Source: Pyrinomonadaceae bacterium (GTDB taxonomy: Bacteria > Acidobacteriota > Blastocatellia > Pyrinomonadales > Pyrinomonadaceae). From it: DNA of 64,000 bases. The notes below the pieces were generated by a model, which searched no databases, had not been told where the DNA came from, and saw only the letters and a list, made by a program, of their open reading frames with translations. Below are positions 61,428 through 64,000 of the stretch, in pieces. Location: contig JAGOBH010000007.1 in assembly GCA_017983495.1 (NCBI GenBank), positions 59,278-123,277 on the forward strand. The letters run 5' to 3'. Every line of letters begins with the position of its first letter. Within the stretch, counting starts at the first letter, position 1. The translations under genes and the position numbers were made by a program.

Positions 61428-63602
61428 TTAAAATCTGATCTTGATGCCGCCGTTAAACAGACGGCCCTCGGTATGTGTATAAAGTTCGGCAAACGTCGGT
61501 GTCTGGTGCGGCGGAAACACGACCAGGCCGTATTTGCCCTGGCGAACGTCGGTCAGGTTTTCGGCGTTAAAGAACAGGCTGAACTTGCCGAACATCTTCT
61601 CGACGAACAGCCCGACCTCCGACAAAGCACGCGTTCGCGAACGGTCATCGAGCGTCTGGCTGCTGCCGTAGTAAAATTCAACACCACCCTTAAAACTCTC
61701 GTGTTTTTCGAAGACAAGCGACGAATTCACGGCGTGCCGAGGCAAAAGCGTCAGCTGACGGTCGCCGGGCAGGTATCCTGCCCTGGCGTCGGTGAACGTG
61801 TAACCGACAAAGAGTTTGGCGATGCCGTAGCCGAAACGGGCGTTCGTTTCAAAACCCTTGCTGATGACGGGCGAATCGGAGTTGGCGAAGCGGTAGATGT
61901 TGTTAGCATCGGGACGCAGAATGATCGGGTCAGTGATCTGCGTGTAGAAAAACATCTGATTCAGCGAATATGTGAAATTTTCGCCGGCCTCGCCTTTGTA
62001 GTTGAGGTCGAACGTGCCGCCCGTGCTCCGCTCGGCCTGGAGATCGCTGCCCACAGCGGCGACATCCTTAAACAGACGTATTTCGGCCTCTTCGGTAAAC
62101 ATCGTCGGCGTTTTGTAGCCGAGCCCGAAGCCAACGCGGGTCGTCAGTTTGTCGGTCAGGCGGTACAGGACCGAGACTCGCGGCAGAGCAAACGCACCGT
62201 AATCTTTTGTTGCGTCGAGGCGAAAACCTGCCTCGAGAGAAAATTTGTCGGTAAAGTCGACCGTGTCCTGGACGAAGGCTCCGAGCGTCGTGCGGGTCTC
62301 GTTTCGCGGTATCTGGCCGACGTTTCGCACTTCTTCACGAAACTGATCGTAAACGACGCTGCCGCCGGCGACGACGGCATGTTTGCCGAATGAGCGGGCG
62401 TACGACACGTCGGAGAACGAATTGAACTGGCTGCCCTTGAACTCGTATGAAGGCGTCGTCAGCTCACGGCCAAAGAACGCGAGACTCTGTTTGACCACCA
62501 AACGGCCGCCGTCGGCGAAGACGCGGTCGAAGTTTATGGTCGTGATATTGCGGTATGACCTATTGCGTTCGAAATACTGATGAAAGTCGTCTGCGAAGCC
62601 AACGATGACAAACTTATCGCCGCCTTTGCGGTTCTGAAACGATGTTGAATTGCCAACAACGAGCGTCGTGTCCTTGTCGAGTTCGAAAAAGAATCTGGGA
62701 GTTATGCCGACGGCGGCCGTTCGGGGCAGTTCGGTAAAATCGTCGTCGTCAACGTCGTACTCTTTTTGATAGTTGGCGGAACCGAGCAGCGTGTAGCCAA
62801 ACCGGCTGAGCTTTCTTGAATCGAATACAGAAAAGTCGGTACCGAAAGCCGATGTTTGGTTGAGAACGAGTGTCGTAACAGGCTTGTCGCCGGGGCTTTT
62901 TGTCACAAAATTGACGACGCCGGCGATGGCGTCGCCGCCAAATAGCGTCGCCGACGGGCCTTTGATCACCTCGACCTGCTTGAGGTCGAGCGGCGGTATC
63001 TCGAGAATGCTGAGACTGCCGGAAAAGCCGCCGAAAGCAGGGAAGCCGTCCTTAAGGATCTGCGTATATCGGCCATCGAGGCCTTGAATGCGAACACTCT
63101 GGGTGTTCGATGTGGCCGACGTCTGCTGGACCTGGATGCCGGTGCTTTCGGCAAGCACCATCGACACATCGGCGGGACGCATCGAAATTTTCTCGTCGAT
63201 TTCCTCTTCGTCGATCGCCTCGACGCGTGTCGGTTCGGCCTCGATCTCGCGCCCGGTTCGGGTGGACGTAATGGTGACCTCGCCGACCTCATTGTCGATC
63301 TCGAGATAGACGGTGCGTTCCGCGGCGTCCGAGAGCGGAAATGTCAGTGCGAGTTCGGCCGTGCCGTAACCAAGTGCAGAGACCTCGATGATCTGTTTGC
63401 CGTCTGGCACGCCTTTTAGTTCGGCGATGCCGTCGGCGGCGGTGACCGCGGAGATCCCGGTATCGCGAACGGTCACGGTCGATTCGGCAACCGGGGCTTT
63501 TGTGTCGTTATTGCGAACGACGATCCTTATGGTGTTGCCCATCTGAGCAGTTGCCGTCTGAGCGGCGATCAGCAGCAGAAAGAGCAAAAGTGCTTTGTAC
63601 AT
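61428..63602 (-). CDS. TonB-dependent receptor with CarboxypepD_reg-like N-terminal domain
   Basis: Signal peptide, IRIVVRNNDTKAPVAESTVTV, a plug (…VEVIKGPSATLFGGDAIAGVVNFVTK…), a barrel, and a C-terminal ...GGIKIRF. Confidence 0.9.
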   Translation of the reverse strand: MYKALLLFLLLIAAQTATAQMGNTIRIVVRNNDTKAPVAESTVTVRDTGISAVTAADGIAELKGVPDGKQIIEVSALGYGTAELALTFPLSDAAERTVYLEIDNEVGEVTITSTRTGREIEAEPTRVEAIDEEEIDEKISMRPADVSMVLAESTGIQVQQTSATSNTQSVRIQGLDGRYTQILKDGFPAFGGFSGSLSILEIPPLDLKQVEVIKGPSATLFGGDAIAGVVNFVTKSPGDKPVTTLVLNQTSAFGTDFSVFDSRKLSRFGYTLLGSANYQKEYDVDDDDFTELPRTAAVGITPRFFFELDKDTTLVVGNSTSFQNRKGGDKFVIVGFADDFHQYFERNRSYRNITTINFDRVFADGGRLVVKQSLAFFGRELTTPSYEFKGSQFNSFSDVSYARSFGKHAVVAGGSVVYDQFREEVRNVGQIPRNETRTTLGAFVQDTVDFTDKFSLEAGFRLDATKDYGAFALPRVSVLYRLTDKLTTRVGFGLGYKTPTMFTEEAEIRLFKDVAAVGSDLQAERSTGGTFDLNYKGEAGENFTYSLNQMFFYTQITDPIILRPDANNIYRFANSDSPVISKGFETNARFGYGIAKLFVGYTFTDARAGYLPGDRQLTLLPRHAVNSSLVFEKHESFKGGVEFYYGSSQTLDDRSRTRALSEVGLFVEKMFGKFSLFFNAENLTDVRQGKYGLVVFPPHQTPTFAELYTHTEGRLFNGGIKIRF

Positions 63603-63684
63603 TAAAAAAATCTAACCAAATACTGTGAAAACGCGTGGCGTCGCACGGGCGGCGACGAAAAATGGGCGCGAATGGGCGTGGTGG

Positions 63685-64000
63685 TTAGACTTTTGGCGGC
63701 TGCCAAATCGAATGTCTAAAGGTATCGGTGAATGGTTCGGTGTAAACGGCGACCGCGCCGGTATGAGCGGTTTCGGTACTGATCAGAGGCGAAGCGACAT
63801 TAAACGACCGAGAAACGACGGGATGAGCACAGCACGTGCAGGCACATGTCTGCGGGCATTCGCCGGGGCAGCTTTCGCGATCTGGCGAGTCTTGCAGCGC
63901 CGTCGTTTGAGTAGTGACCTCAGAGCCATCAAGGCACGCCGACATCGTGTCCTGACACAACTGCGTCGAGAACAGCACGAGGTAAACGATAATACTGAGG
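63685..64000 (-). CDS. Cys-rich small membrane protein, 5' end beyond the right edge
   Basis: The frame stays open from the listed GTG (63978) to base 64000 (...LSIIVYLVLFST = TM helix). Contains CPGECPQTCACTCCAHP. First visible gene of the minus-strand operon. Confidence 0.5.
   Translation of the reverse strand, partial: LSIIVYLVLFSTQLCQDTMSACLDGSEVTTQTTALQDSPDRESCPGECPQTCACTCCAHPVVSRSFNVASPLISTETAHTGAVAVYTEPFTDTFRHSIWQPPKV

Overview
This 64-kb chromosomal segment is moderately GC-rich by eye and is most consistent with an Acidobacteriota genome. Supporting signs are two TonB-dependent receptors with an N-terminal carboxypeptidase-regulatory-like domain, a VWA protein of the acidobacterial type, and a very dense load of REP-like palindromes. 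I call about 52 protein genes. I found no rRNA, tRNA, CRISPR array, transposase or integrase.

Gene content from left to right:
- Two unassigned genes, then groES-groEL with a CIRCE operator.
- An orphan MafI-like immunity gene, a MOSC-domain gene, purC, a HEAT-repeat protein, uvrB, an FAD-linked oxidase, a HAD hydrolase, a helical-repeat protein and a LysA-like decarboxylase.
- A PTS-independent MurNAc/GlcNAc (peptidoglycan amino-sugar) utilisation locus at 14.9-29.6 kb. It holds nagZ, a Na+/solute symporter, a BadF-type kinase, murQ, a LysR regulator, an AmiE-like/NamZ fusion, a TonB receptor and nagA.
- A Spy/CpxP plus CpxRA-like envelope-stress module.
- Four large secreted peptidases: two CocE/NonD hydrolases, a prolyl oligopeptidase and an M14 carboxypeptidase.
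- A decayed polymorphic-toxin immunity islet carrying an RHS core remnant.
- A membrane GGDEF-EAL protein.
- A NifS-like gene next to a radical SAM/SPASM gene, a toxin-antitoxin pair, an MGDG-synthase-like glycosyltransferase and an SDR.
- Several secreted proteins with no recognised family.
- A tightly packed operon of a Cys-rich membrane protein, a TonB receptor, a PCYCGC-type lipoprotein, DsbB and DsbA.

The best candidate for something undescribed is a 94-aa secreted peptide at 42469-42753. It consists of six exact GIIVAG repeats that are kept identical at protein level while the DNA varies only synonymously. It sits divergent from the c-di-GMP enzyme and 1.5 kb from the radical SAM/SPASM gene.

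Two runners-up:
- A roughly 400-bp dispersed non-coding module in three copies, carrying 2-4 phased 10-bp iterons, a 17-bp palindrome and GGGACAG/CTGTCCC motifs.
- REP elements fixed in-frame inside coding sequence: a signal peptide, a loop and an inter-domain linker of the AmiE/NamZ fusion, plus a loop of NagA.

All functional calls rest on motif recognition by eye. No database search was run.
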